Below, in pieces: positions 1 through 9,376 of a stretch of 64,000 nucleotides of DNA; within the stretch, counting starts at the first letter, position 1, and every line of letters begins with the position of its first letter. The stretch spans positions 28,596 to 92,595 of the forward strand of contig JAGBGO010000064.1 of assembly GCA_017935905.1 (NCBI GenBank), written 5' to 3'. Under the pieces are notes generated by a model. That model worked only from the letters and a program-made list of their open reading frames with translations. It was not told the origin of the DNA and ran no database searches. The stretch is from Clostridia bacterium. Lineage in GTDB: Bacteria > Bacillota > Clostridia > UBA1212 > UBA1255. The translations under genes and the position numbers were made by a program.

Positions 1-956
1 CTTTCACCAACGAGGCTTTGATTAACCGGATCAATGCGGACCTCGCCAATGACCTGGGCAACCTGGTTTCCAGAACCGTTTCTATGCAAATGAAGTATTT
101 CGGCGGCAGTCAGCCGGGGGCGTACACGGTGACGGCTTTGGAAGATGAAATCCACAGTCTGTTTAAGGATATTTTTACCAAGGCAGAAGAGAATTTGAAT
201 GCCCTTCAATTCCCCACCGCTTTGACGGAAATCTGGAAAGGCGTTTCCCGTCTCAATAAATATATTGACGAAACGGCGCCTTGGGTACTGGCAAAAGAAA
301 TTGAAACCAATGAAGACAGCCGCAAGCGTTTGGCAGGCGTGATGTACACCTTGCTGGAAGGCATCCGGATCATTTCAATCTTGATCGAGCCTTTCATGCC
401 CAGAACACCGGAGAAGATTTGGGCGCAGATCGGTCTTTCCGGAAAGACGGACTTGACCGCTTGGGAGCAGGCAAACGTTTGGGGCTTGTACCCGGTAGCT
501 ACCGCCGTAGAGAAAGGGGAGGCTTTATTCCCCAGAATCGATATGAAGACAGAAATGGAAGCGCTGGAGAAGTTAGAGGCTGAGATGAAGAAGGCTGCCG
601 CTGCTCCTGCTGCTGAATCGGAAGAGCCGGACAATCTTATTACCATTGATGATTTTGCCAAAGTGCAGATGAAAGTTGCTGTTGTTTTAGCGGCAGAGAA
701 GGTAGAGGGTGCGGATAAACTGCTTAAATTACAGTTAGATATTGGCACTGAAACCCGCCAAGTAGTTTCCGGAATTGCCAAGCAATATACACCGGAAGAT
801 ATGATCGGCAAGAAAGTAGTTTTGATTACTAACTTAAAGCCGGCAAAACTTCGCGGCATTGAGTCACAAGGTATGATTTTGGCAGCGACCAAAGGGAAGA
901 AGCTGACGCTGGTAACCATTGACGGCGATATTCCTGCAGGGGCTGAGATTTCGTAA
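1..956 (+). CDS. metG: Methionyl-tRNA synthetase, C-terminal part, 5'-truncated at the window edge. Includes the anticodon-binding region and the C-terminal EMAP/tRNA-binding domain.
   Basis: The frame is open from the window edge. It contains FTNEALINRINADLANDLGNLVSR and a C-terminal ITIDDFAKVQMKVAVVLAAEKVEGADKLLKLQLDIG...GMILAA tRNA-binding domain typical of bacterial MetRS. Confidence 0.85.
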   Translation, partial: FTNEALINRINADLANDLGNLVSRTVSMQMKYFGGSQPGAYTVTALEDEIHSLFKDIFTKAEENLNALQFPTALTEIWKGVSRLNKYIDETAPWVLAKEIETNEDSRKRLAGVMYTLLEGIRIISILIEPFMPRTPEKIWAQIGLSGKTDLTAWEQANVWGLYPVATAVEKGEALFPRIDMKTEMEALEKLEAEMKKAAAAPAAESEEPDNLITIDDFAKVQMKVAVVLAAEKVEGADKLLKLQLDIGTETRQVVSGIAKQYTPEDMIGKKVVLITNLKPAKLRGIESQGMILAATKGKKLTLVTIDGDIPAGAEIS

Positions 957-989
957 GGGATATACAAGTGATTTACAGGAGGGATTCCC

Positions 990-1898
990 ATGGACGGTCG
1001 GATTTCCAATTTTCAACAAATCGGCAGTTTGCGCAGATATACGCTGATGGACGGCACGGCGCAAGGTCTTGAAGTTTTGGACTGCGACAACGGTAAGATT
1101 CGTTTCTTGCTGAATGTGAGCAAAGCCTGCGATATCATGCAGCTCTATCATAAAGGACAGAACGTGTCCTTTGTGTCCAAGAATGGTTTCACTAAGCGGG
1201 AAATTCCTTTCTTAAACCGTTTTGAAGGCGGTATGCTCTATACCTGCGGCTTGGATAACGTAGGGGGCAGAGACGGATACGAATTGCACGGAACTTTTCA
1301 CAATACCCCGGCGCAGATTCTTCGGGCGGCTTGCGATGAGCAGGGGATTACGGTGGAGGCTGTGATTCGAAATAGTGCTTTGTTTGGTCAGAATCTGGTC
1401 ATAAAGCGGAAGATTTTTACCGCTATAGGCAGCGACAACGTGACCTTGGAGGATACGTTGGTCAATGAGGGTCACTTGGCTGCGGAATACTGCCTTTTGT
1501 ATCATATCAACGTAGGCTATCCTATGTTGGATGCAGGGGCGCGTTTGGTCGGGGAGATTGTAAAATGCACCCCCAGAACCCCTTGGTCCAAAGAAAACAT
1601 AGCGGCCCACAAAGAAATGGTACAGCCTACAGCCGGTGAGGAAGAGATGTGCTACTATTTGGAGTTGGCGCAGCCGGAAATTTCCTTGGTGAATGATCGG
1701 CTGGGCAAGAAATTGACCGTTTCTTACACGCCGGAAACGCTTCCGCATTTTGTGGAATGGAAGAGTATGGTTTGCGGAGATTATGCCCTTGGATTGGAGC
1801 CGGCTACTACGCAGTTGGATGATACTTTTGCCCGGAAGACCATTGGCGCAGGGGAATCCGTGGCTTTCCGCGTGAATATTGCGGTTGCAGATCTGTAA
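990..1898 (+). CDS. Aldose 1-epimerase-like (mutarotase fold) family protein, DUF4432-like
   Basis: 302-aa ORF with an SD (caggaggg) upstream. Has His-containing motifs (YELHGTFHNTP, LLYHINVGYP) reminiscent of the galactose mutarotase-like superfamily. The family call is tentative. Confidence 0.4.
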   Translation: MDGRISNFQQIGSLRRYTLMDGTAQGLEVLDCDNGKIRFLLNVSKACDIMQLYHKGQNVSFVSKNGFTKREIPFLNRFEGGMLYTCGLDNVGGRDGYELHGTFHNTPAQILRAACDEQGITVEAVIRNSALFGQNLVIKRKIFTAIGSDNVTLEDTLVNEGHLAAEYCLLYHINVGYPMLDAGARLVGEIVKCTPRTPWSKENIAAHKEMVQPTAGEEEMCYYLELAQPEISLVNDRLGKKLTVSYTPETLPHFVEWKSMVCGDYALGLEPATTQLDDTFARKTIGAGESVAFRVNIAVADL

Positions 1899-1901
1899 TA
1901 T

Positions 1902-2034
1902 GGGTACACAGCGGCCTTTTTACGGCAAATGTACCCGGCAAAACGTCTGAAATTCAAGGATTTGGCACCGTTTTGGGTACAAATCCTTATTTTTTACCGA
2001 AATGTACCCAAAAAAACCAGAAAATCCGGGTACA
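1902..2034. repeat. Intergenic array of five copies of the heptamer GGGTACA / TGTACCC in alternating orientation. Two of them form ~35-bp units with a 7-bp inverted repeat and a 21-nt spacer.
   Basis: GGGTACA at 1902, 1975 and 2028; TGTACCC at 1930 and 2003. Both spacers carry TTTTTAC(C/G)G..AAATGTACCC. Confidence 0.7.
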
Positions 2035-2089
2035 AAACGCCGATTTAAGCCCCGACATACCCGGTGCGCAAATAGAAACGAGGTTTACG

Positions 2090-3403
2090 ATGAAAAAATT
2101 ACTTATTGCATTATGCATTATAATGACAATCAGCTTTTGCGGATGCGCAGGGGACGAAATCGCGCCGATACCTACCCAGAGCCAGGGCGCGGTTACGCCC
2201 ACCATTTTACCCACCGCCACGCCGACACCGCTGCCGGATGTGACCTATCCCATTCAAGCCGATGGGGAGGCCCTTTCCTGGATCGCCGGTAAAATGGATG
2301 CCAATCAAGTCATTCTAACCCCGGCGCAGATTGAACAAGAAAATCAGCGGATGCTGCAACAAAGCAGCACGCTTACCGATATTATCAAGGAGAAACCCGC
2401 CTCCCTTAGCCGGGCGGCGCTGAACAATTTATTATATTCCTGCTATTTCCCCGACTGGGCCCGCACCGATAGTCAAGGCCAGCCTATTTCGCCTCAGCAG
2501 GTGGATCGGGTGATGAAGAATCGGGGAACGTCGTCGGTAAAGGACATAAATCCGGTAGGGATGGGCATTGTGACCCAACGGGGTTATTTAAGAAGTTTAC
2601 CGACCTTAGAAGGGGCATTTCAGTCTGCCCGGGACCTGTACGATCGCCTGCAGGGAACGGAAGTTTTCGTGGGGATGCCTGTGTGGGTCTACCATATAAG
2701 CGCAGACGAACAATTTTACTTCGTCCAAACCTATTTCTATCAGGGCTGGGTTGATGCAAAGTGCATTGCCTTGACAGAAGATCCGGATGTGTGGCAGTCC
2801 TTTGGCAGTCCTGCAAATTTTGTAACAGTACTTCGGCCTTTGCTGACTGTAGGAGAGGCCAAGTGTGATATGGGGGTGCGCTTGCCCTACGTATCTCGGG
2901 ATCAGGAAGGCTATGAAGTGCGTTTGCCCATTCGTCAGGCAGATGGGACGCTGTCCTCTGAAATACAGTCTATTTCTTATGCTGACGGTTTCTTGGGCGC
3001 TGTTCCTTATACATATCAGAATTTCATTGCCCAGGCCTTTTTATATCAAGGCACTATGTACGGATACGGCGGCCTCAATGACGGTGTGGATTGTTCCGGC
3101 TTTGTGGCGGCTGTATTTAGAACCTTTGGGTTCTACTTGCCCCGAAACACAAGTGGGCAACAAACCGTGGTGGGAAGCGCAGTGGCGGTTTTCGGACAAG
3201 GTCATCAATCCATTCATAATCGCTTGGTGGCCACAAAATATCCTACCGCAATTTATTTGCCAAGCCACACGATGATTTATTTAGGGGAATCGGATGGTGG
3301 CAGCGTGTTTATTCATGCACCCGCCGTAGGGCAGGCGGTACAAGTTACCACCAAATCCAATTTGGCGAATGCACTGTATATCAATGAAGTAGGACCTCGG
3401 TAA
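2090..3403 (+). CDS. NlpC/P60 family cell-wall peptidase lipoprotein with an SH3-like domain
   Basis: Lipoprotein signal MKKLLIALCIIMTISFCGC. The C-terminal catalytic region has DCSGFVAAVFRTFGFYLP with Cys and downstream His (HTMIYLG). The ATG at 2090 sits behind SD aacgagg. Confidence 0.75.
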   Translation: MKKLLIALCIIMTISFCGCAGDEIAPIPTQSQGAVTPTILPTATPTPLPDVTYPIQADGEALSWIAGKMDANQVILTPAQIEQENQRMLQQSSTLTDIIKEKPASLSRAALNNLLYSCYFPDWARTDSQGQPISPQQVDRVMKNRGTSSVKDINPVGMGIVTQRGYLRSLPTLEGAFQSARDLYDRLQGTEVFVGMPVWVYHISADEQFYFVQTYFYQGWVDAKCIALTEDPDVWQSFGSPANFVTVLRPLLTVGEAKCDMGVRLPYVSRDQEGYEVRLPIRQADGTLSSEIQSISYADGFLGAVPYTYQNFIAQAFLYQGTMYGYGGLNDGVDCSGFVAAVFRTFGFYLPRNTSGQQTVVGSAVAVFGQGHQSIHNRLVATKYPTAIYLPSHTMIYLGESDGGSVFIHAPAVGQAVQVTTKSNLANALYINEVGPR

Positions 3404-3405
3404 TT

Positions 3406-3936
3406 TTACTCGCGATATTGCACTAAGTCCTCTAAACGCTTCCGCTTTTTCTCCCGCAAAGGATCGTCCGCTGCGGCGTAGCCCAGCGTGATTACCAACC
3501 GCACCGGTGCGTCTAAATCACAGATTTTGCGCACGGCCGCGTCGTCAAACCAGCCTAATATACAGGTGCCAAGTCCCTGTGCTGTGGCTTCCGCCGTTAA
3601 ATAAGCGGCCACGATGCCGATATCCATAGAACGATAGTCGTTTTTCTTTAATTTAGAACCGGCGGCAGCCGTTTTCACGTAAGGTTCCTCGGAAAGCACG
3701 ATCAGAACCGGTGCATCTTTGGCAAAGCGGTTCATCCCCATACCCATAGTGGCTTTGGCAACCGCTTTGGCACTTTCTCCGGTGCAAACGGTCAAGCGGT
3801 AGGGCTGGCCGTTGCAAGCAGAGGGTGCTAAACGGGCTGCCTGTAGAATGGCTTGTACTTTCTCCGCTTCCACAACCTTGGAAGCATCATATTTTCGGCA
3901 AGACTGCCGATTCGTTGCAATTTCAGTAAAATTCAT
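3406..3936 (-). CDS. Nitroreductase family protein
   Basis: 176 aa containing RQSCRKYD...SACNGQPYRL, typical of the NADH/FMN nitroreductase family. Confidence 0.7.
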   Translation of the reverse strand: MNFTEIATNRQSCRKYDASKVVEAEKVQAILQAARLAPSACNGQPYRLTVCTGESAKAVAKATMGMGMNRFAKDAPVLIVLSEEPYVKTAAAGSKLKKNDYRSMDIGIVAAYLTAEATAQGLGTCILGWFDDAAVRKICDLDAPVRLVITLGYAAADDPLREKKRKRLEDLVQYRE

Positions 3937-3937
3937 A

Positions 3938-4480
3938 TTAAGGCACCACGATATATAAAATGGATTTTCCTAAGCGAACGAAGGAGTAGAAAATCTGCTT
4001 AATGGTTTGAAGTAAATCTAAATTGCCCATGGTATCATTCAACAGACTGCCCAGCAAAAGCACGACGCATACGCCGCAAGCATTCAAAATTAAACCGATC
4101 AGCACGCAAAGCACGCCGGAGAGCACGCGGTTAAGTCTGCGGGCCATCTTCCCGTACAGCACCCCAACCAAAAAGCCCATCAGCATCTTCGGTGCACAAG
4201 TAACCAGCAACTTGTAAATCACCGGCGCCGCAAATACAGCCCCGGAAAAACCGCATACAAAGGAAGCAATACCGCCCACCAAACCGACGATCAAACCGCC
4301 GCTCTTGCCGGTGCGAATACCGGCTGCGCAAGTGGTAAGCAGAATCAGCGTGTAACCAACCAGTGGTTGTGCTACGCTGAAAACGCTGAGCAGCACCGCT
4401 TCTAAACCGACAATTGCTGCATAAATCAACAACTCTGTGTAATAATTTGCATTAGACTTCTTTCTTGCCATGTTAGTCAC
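3938..4480 (-). CDS. ECF transporter S (substrate-specific) component
   Basis: 180-aa polytopic membrane protein with ~6 TM segments, matching the size and topology of ECF S components. Confidence 0.5.
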   Translation of the reverse strand: MTNMARKKSNANYYTELLIYAAIVGLEAVLLSVFSVAQPLVGYTLILLTTCAAGIRTGKSGGLIVGLVGGIASFVCGFSGAVFAAPVIYKLLVTCAPKMLMGFLVGVLYGKMARRLNRVLSGVLCVLIGLILNACGVCVVLLLGSLLNDTMGNLDLLQTIKQIFYSFVRLGKSILYIVVP

Positions 4481-4955
4481 CTACCGTTAAAATACAAAAT
4501 ACTGAAATACCTAAACCTTTTCCAAAATCCGTAAGTCCTTCTCCCGTGGTGGCGGTCATACCTACCTGCGTAGGGGCAATGCCGCACAAATTCGCAACGG
4601 ACGCCCGAATTGCGGGGATATGGGCGGACAAATGAGGCCGCTTACACTCTACGGTGAAAGAAACGTGGACAATCTTGCTGCCCGCCGCTTTCAAATCCTC
4701 CAAGGCCAAATTCAAATACGCCGCTGAATCCGTTACGCCGGCCTTACAAAGATCATCCGCCGGCTTGCCTAATATATTCTTGCACGTAATCCCGGACACC
4801 GCATTGGTTAAAGCGTGGAGAATCACGTCACCGTCGCTGTTGGCGGACAAAGAAAGATCGCAATCGGGGAGGGTGTAGCCGCCTAAGATCAGGGGTTTCC
4901 CCGTATAAGTTTCCTCAAATCGATGGGAATCTTGTCCAATGGCACATCGTACCAT
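4473..4955 (-). CDS. ispF: 2-C-methyl-D-erythritol 2,4-cyclodiphosphate synthase
   Basis: Carries IGQDSHRF, DGDVILHAL and the overall IspF signature. Confidence 0.85.
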   Translation of the reverse strand: MVRCAIGQDSHRFEETYTGKPLILGGYTLPDCDLSLSANSDGDVILHALTNAVSGITCKNILGKPADDLCKAGVTDSAAYLNLALEDLKAAGSKIVHVSFTVECKRPHLSAHIPAIRASVANLCGIAPTQVGMTATTGEGLTDFGKGLGISVFCILTVGD

Positions 4956-4966
4956 ACCGTACCTCC

Positions 4967-5413
4967 TTACTTACCGCTAGAGCCGAAGCCACCGCCACGG
5001 TTCTCGCCGATTTCCGCTACGCTGTCTACCAGCGTAAAAGCCGCCATGGGCACACGCTGCAAAACAAACTGGGCGATGCGGTCACCTACGCTAACGGTGT
5101 AGGGCGTATCCAGAGAAGTGTTTTGCATAATCACCCGAACTTCGTCCCGATATCCTGCATCAATGGTACCCGGCGTATTTGGAACCCGCAAAGGTGTTTT
5201 GAAAGAAAGACCGCTTCTGGGGCGAATCTGCAATTCAAAGCCGTCGGGAATGGCCACTTTCAATCCCGTTGCCACCAAAACGGTCTGACCGGGGGCAATG
5301 GTCACCGTCTCTGCAGCGTAGATATCCGTACCTGCATCGTCCGGGTGGGCATATTGGGGAAGTCTGGCTTCTGGTCTGCAAAGTTCAACGTGGACTTGAA
5401 TTTGTTCTCTCAT
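4967..5413 (-). CDS. dut: dUTP diphosphatase
   Basis: 148 aa with dUTPase motifs (AGxDIYA, RSGLSxK, GTIDAGYRDE) and a GGGFGSSG tail. Confidence 0.85.
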   Translation of the reverse strand: MREQIQVHVELCRPEARLPQYAHPDDAGTDIYAAETVTIAPGQTVLVATGLKVAIPDGFELQIRPRSGLSFKTPLRVPNTPGTIDAGYRDEVRVIMQNTSLDTPYTVSVGDRIAQFVLQRVPMAAFTLVDSVAEIGENRGGGFGSSGK

Positions 5414-7752
5414 GATTCAAACTCCTTTAATAGATTGATTCGCTTCAAAGACGCAGCACGCAGTGCGTCCGGATGTACGGGAAAAGCCTTGGGAGACAGC
5501 ACAATATTCTGACAATCCTTGGGCTTCGGGATCACGGGGTAGGAAACACCGTGTCCGTCCATTATAGTGTACCATTTATTCCCGTTTTTGCAAAGCCCAC
5601 AATGGGGTTTATCTTTCCGCAGGATACAATGGCGTGTGCGCATTAAAGGCACCGGCCCTTCTGTAATCACTTCCGCCGCCATATCCTGCAGAGCGGCCGC
5701 CCAATTGCCGGTATTTTCCGGAGACAGAGTCAAAATTTGTATACCGGCGCGCTTCAAAACCCGGGCGCTTTCTTCGTTGGTTCCATTGAAACTCAAATCA
5801 CCGCACACCAGGAAATCTTCCGGAAGATTCTCGGGGAGCAGGGCAAAATCCCCCATATTGGTTAGCTGCACACCGTCTGCCCTTTGAAGGATCGCAGGAA
5901 GCGTCTGTTTGAGGGCTTCTCTTTCCGGTCCTAAAGGAAGTAGCGGGAAAGAGGCAATCAGGCGCGCCCCCAGTCGGTGGGCTTTCTCAGAAGCCTCGAA
6001 GGCTTGGGTGGCATCTTCCCAAAGGGTGTAGGGCACGTAAATTATATAAGGTTTATATCCGGCAAGGGCGGATTCCGCCCAGGTCAAAAAGTCCTGTTCC
6101 TTGTAGAAATATAAGGTATTCCGGCTGCTTTCCGTTATAGAGAAAGGTCTGCTTCGGTCTTGGGGAACCGGGTTCTCTCGGGGCACTGGTTCTATGTGAC
6201 AAGCTTCTAAACTTGTCAATGCGCCTCGCCGTAAGTGATTGATCACACTGACAGGGAGGAAAATATCCTCTTCCATTTCCACCATTATGGTTTGTGCAAA
6301 GTAAGGTGTGCCGCCGAATTTTCCCAGTTGGGCTTCTATCCGGTCTTTCGTTGTGGGGGCGCTGGCGGCAGGTTCCACCGGTGCTTCCGAATTCGCTGTG
6401 CCTTGCCTTCCTTGGTCATCCGTAAGGGAGAGGGTGGCAAGCCGGCCTTTCCGGGCGGTAAAATGCAGCGTGAGTCCAATCCGCGGCCGCTCCGTGCCAT
6501 CCGCAAAAGTGCGGCGGATTTGCTCGCTGTCTTTCGTGCTGTGGGTTAAATAAAGGGTGCCCGGCAGTCGGTCTTGGGCCATTTTACCCGTCCACGTCCC
6601 CGCCAGCACAATCTGATCTTGTGTCACTTTGTTTACCGTACCGCCCACAAACGGTTGCTCATTGCGGTCCAGCACCGTGACGCCGTCCCCGGTGGTTAAA
6701 TTCAGGGCTGTGCAGGGAATTTCCAATAGGTTCAGATCCTTCGGAAGCGTTTTGGGGCGGGGTAAAATGCGGGGAAGTTCCGTTATGTTGCCCAGTTCTA
6801 AGCCTTTTCGCCCGGGATTTTGGCAGGTAATATCTTGTTTGGGAATCTTACCCAATAAATAGCCTCGGGTAAAATGCCCACGGCTGAATTGCAGTTCCAA
6901 CCTTTGAACGTCTGCTTCCATTTCACCGGAGTCCCGGTACGTCCGGAAAGTACCCGCTTGAATGGCATCCAGGGCCTTTCGGTAGATACTGGTGGTAAGG
7001 GCTGTGTATTCCGGGGCTTTCAGGCGGCCTTCTATTTTCAAAGAGGCAACCCCTGTGGCCACCACTTCGTCTAATATCGGCAAAGCACAAAAGTCTTTGG
7101 GCGAAAGGATATGAGCGGCTTCTGTGTTTCCTAAACGGTACGCCATGCGGCAAGGCTGAGCGCACGCGCCTTTGTTCCCGCTGCGACCGCCGATAAAACT
7201 GCTGAGTAAACACTGTCCGGAGTAGGACATACATAGAGCACCGTGGACAAAACATTCCACGGGAAGGGGACCTTGGCTTACATCCTTCAGTTCTTCTAAG
7301 GATAATTCTCTTGCGGTAATCAGCCGGTCGTAGCCTTGGTTCTTTAAGAACGCGGCACCTTCTTTAGAAGCTATGCTCATTTGGGTGCTGGCGTGAATTT
7401 CCGTATACGGGGGGAGTTCGCCCTCCCTGCGCATTTGTAAAAGGCGGCTTCCAAAACCTATGTCTTGCAAAATGATCGCATCCACACCTAAAAGGCTTGC
7501 CCGCCGGGCATCTTCCAACGCCCTTGGCAGTTCTTCTTGGCTGAACAGAGTATTTAAGGCTAAATAAACCCTGCAATGACGCTTGTGAGCGTACTGCAGG
7601 GTATCTTCTAATTCTTTCCACGTAAAATTATCGGCGCCGGCTCTGGCGCTGCCTTGCTTCAAACCCAGATATACGGCGTCTGCACCGTTTTGAATGGCGG
7701 CAATGACGCAAGCTGCATTCCCCGCAGGGGCCAATAACTCGGGTAGGGTCAT
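5410..7752 (-). CDS. U32 family peptidase (collagenase-like, long form with C-terminal extension)
   Basis: N-terminal LELLAPAGN...GADAVYLG motif. The U32 core (ARELSLEE, EGRLK) is followed by an ~350-aa C-terminal extension. Confidence 0.75.
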   Translation of the reverse strand: MTLPELLAPAGNAACVIAAIQNGADAVYLGLKQGSARAGADNFTWKELEDTLQYAHKRHCRVYLALNTLFSQEELPRALEDARRASLLGVDAIILQDIGFGSRLLQMRREGELPPYTEIHASTQMSIASKEGAAFLKNQGYDRLITARELSLEELKDVSQGPLPVECFVHGALCMSYSGQCLLSSFIGGRSGNKGACAQPCRMAYRLGNTEAAHILSPKDFCALPILDEVVATGVASLKIEGRLKAPEYTALTTSIYRKALDAIQAGTFRTYRDSGEMEADVQRLELQFSRGHFTRGYLLGKIPKQDITCQNPGRKGLELGNITELPRILPRPKTLPKDLNLLEIPCTALNLTTGDGVTVLDRNEQPFVGGTVNKVTQDQIVLAGTWTGKMAQDRLPGTLYLTHSTKDSEQIRRTFADGTERPRIGLTLHFTARKGRLATLSLTDDQGRQGTANSEAPVEPAASAPTTKDRIEAQLGKFGGTPYFAQTIMVEMEEDIFLPVSVINHLRRGALTSLEACHIEPVPRENPVPQDRSRPFSITESSRNTLYFYKEQDFLTWAESALAGYKPYIIYVPYTLWEDATQAFEASEKAHRLGARLIASFPLLPLGPEREALKQTLPAILQRADGVQLTNMGDFALLPENLPEDFLVCGDLSFNGTNEESARVLKRAGIQILTLSPENTGNWAAALQDMAAEVITEGPVPLMRTRHCILRKDKPHCGLCKNGNKWYTIMDGHGVSYPVIPKPKDCQNIVLSPKAFPVHPDALRAASLKRINLLKEFES

Positions 7753-7755
7753 AAC

Positions 7756-8121
7756 TTATCTGTTATGCTGGGCAAGGAGCAACTGCTGAGACAAGGACTC
7801 GATCTTCTTGTCCGCTTCGTTCAGTTGATTCTCCAGCTCTTGCTTCTCCAATTTCAATTTGTCGTATTCGTCCATCATGCGCTTGATTTCGTTCTTCAAG
7901 GTGTTGAAGTTCTTCTGCACTTTGAACATTTCATCGATAATGGAAATGGAGGCCATTACCACGGCGGTTTGTTCGCCTAATTGAATGCCGGACTTGGTGG
8001 CAGTCGCCACTTTCCCGTTCAGGTAGTGCTCAATTCTGCGCATATAATCTTCTGTTTCGTCATGGACCAACGTATAGGTCTTTCCGTTAATTGTAAATTT
8101 AATTTTGCTTTTGTCTGCCAT
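7756..8121 (-). CDS. zapA: Cell division protein ZapA
   Basis: 121 aa with the N-terminal ZapA fold motif (KIKFTINGKTYTL...) and a C-terminal coiled coil. It is the first gene of the minus-strand operon zapA-U32-dut-ispF-ECF S-nitroreductase. Confidence 0.7.
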   Translation of the reverse strand: MADKSKIKFTINGKTYTLVHDETEDYMRRIEHYLNGKVATATKSGIQLGEQTAVVMASISIIDEMFKVQKNFNTLKNEIKRMMDEYDKLKLEKQELENQLNEADKKIESLSQQLLLAQHNR

Positions 8122-8193
8122 GGCTGTTCGTCCTTTCCATAGATATACAGATATATTATAGCAAACCTTTTTTGGAATGTACAGTCTTTTTTC

Positions 8194-8223
8194 TTGTCAC
8201 CTCCGGCGCCTTCGTGGTATAAT
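8194..8223 (+). promoter_or_regulatory. Sigma-A-type promoter (TTGTCA, 18-nt spacer, extended -10 TGgTATAAT)
   Basis: Read directly from the sequence upstream of the small Cys-rich ORF and cysK. Confidence 0.5.
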
Positions 8224-8254
8224 AGGGCTACATTTTACCGGGAGGCTTGACTGT

Positions 8255-8434
8255 ATGGCGGATTCCAAATGTGAACAGTGCACCAACTACGTCTACGACG
8301 ATGAATATGAAACGTACTGCTGCCTGATCGACTTAGATCAGGACGAAATGGCGCTGTTTATTACGGATACCTTCTCCCATTGTCCCTATTATGACCCCGG
8401 CGACGAATACAAATTAGTGCGGAAACAAATGTAA
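8255..8434 (+). CDS. Small acidic Cys-rich protein (59 aa), probably co-transcribed with cysK
   Basis: SD ggaggc lies 8 nt upstream of the ATG at 8255. Contains five Cys (CEQC...CC...C) in MADSKCEQCTNYVYDDEYETYCCLIDLDQDEMALFITDTFSHCPYYDPGDEYKLVRKQM. Confidence 0.55.
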   Translation: MADSKCEQCTNYVYDDEYETYCCLIDLDQDEMALFITDTFSHCPYYDPGDEYKLVRKQM

Positions 8435-8446
8435 GGAGCGTTTTGT

Positions 8447-9376
8447 ATGGCAAAGATTTACACCTCTATAGATCAATTAGTGGGAAATACCCCGCTGCTG
8501 CGACTTTCCCGTATAGAAGAACAGTACGGTCTGCAGATTAAGCTCCTTGGCAAGCTTGAATACTTGAACCCTGCAGGATCCGCTAAAGACCGGGTTGCAA
8601 AAGAAATGTTGGACGACGCGGAAGCAAAAGGCATTTTGAAACCGGATTCTGTCATCATTGAACCCACTTCCGGCAATACCGGTATCGGTTTGGCGGCCAT
8701 TGGGGCACGCAGAGGCTATCGGGTTATGATTGTGATGCCGGATACCATGTCCGCAGAGCGGCGCACGTTGATGAAAGCGTATGGCGCAGAACTGGTGCTG
8801 TCGGACGGCAAACTGGGTATGCCCGGTGCCATTCAAAAAGCAGAGGAACTGGCGAGAGAAATCCCCAATGCCTGGATTGCAGGGCAGTTTGTCAATCCCG
8901 CCAACCCGCAGGCCCACCGAAATACCACAGGTCCGGAGATTTATCGGGATACGGAGGGCGAGGTGGATACCCTGATTGCCGGCATTGGTACCGGCGGCAC
9001 GCTGACCGGCGCCGGCGAATATTTGAAATCTGTGAAACCGAAAGTTGAAATTGTAGGTGTAGAGCCGGCGGGATCTCCCGTGCTTTCCGGAGGTACGGCA
9101 GGACCTCACGGGCTTCAGGGAATCGGAGCCGGGTTTGTGCCGGAAATTTTGAATACGGAAATTTACGACCGCATCGCAACCGTTTCTGACGAAGATGCTC
9201 TGACGCTGGGCCGGAAAATGGGCCGTTTGGAAGGCATTTTAGTAGGAATTTCCTCCGGTGCGGCTTTGTACGCCGCCGTTCAGTACGGATTGCGCCCGGA
9301 AAATGCAGGAAAGACCGTCGTGGTGATCTTGCCGGATACGGGGGACCGATATTTATCCACGCCTTTGTTCTCCTGA
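8447..9376 (+). CDS. cysK: Cysteine synthase A (O-acetylserine sulfhydrylase)
   Basis: PLP-fold motifs: Lys in ...NPAGSAKDR, TSGNTG, the glycine-rich loop GIGTGGT, and a C-terminal ...GDRYLSTPLF as in CysK. Confidence 0.9.
   Translation: MAKIYTSIDQLVGNTPLLRLSRIEEQYGLQIKLLGKLEYLNPAGSAKDRVAKEMLDDAEAKGILKPDSVIIEPTSGNTGIGLAAIGARRGYRVMIVMPDTMSAERRTLMKAYGAELVLSDGKLGMPGAIQKAEELAREIPNAWIAGQFVNPANPQAHRNTTGPEIYRDTEGEVDTLIAGIGTGGTLTGAGEYLKSVKPKVEIVGVEPAGSPVLSGGTAGPHGLQGIGAGFVPEILNTEIYDRIATVSDEDALTLGRKMGRLEGILVGISSGAALYAAVQYGLRPENAGKTVVVILPDTGDRYLSTPLFS

Noticed and set aside
206-1009. 267-aa minus-strand ORF inside metG
   Set aside because: It lies fully antisense to a well-supported, conserved MetRS C-terminal domain and has low-complexity, Ser/Ala-rich composition. 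It is a typical shadow ORF.
1973-2089. Upstream extension of the NlpC/P60 ORF (track start 1973)
   Set aside because: The extension would translate through the heptamer-repeat region. The lipoprotein signal peptide begins at the ATG at 2090, which has an SD.
8477-9109. 210-aa and 75-aa minus-strand ORFs inside cysK
   Set aside because: They are antisense to a strongly conserved PLP-enzyme gene and have no SD. They are shadow ORFs.
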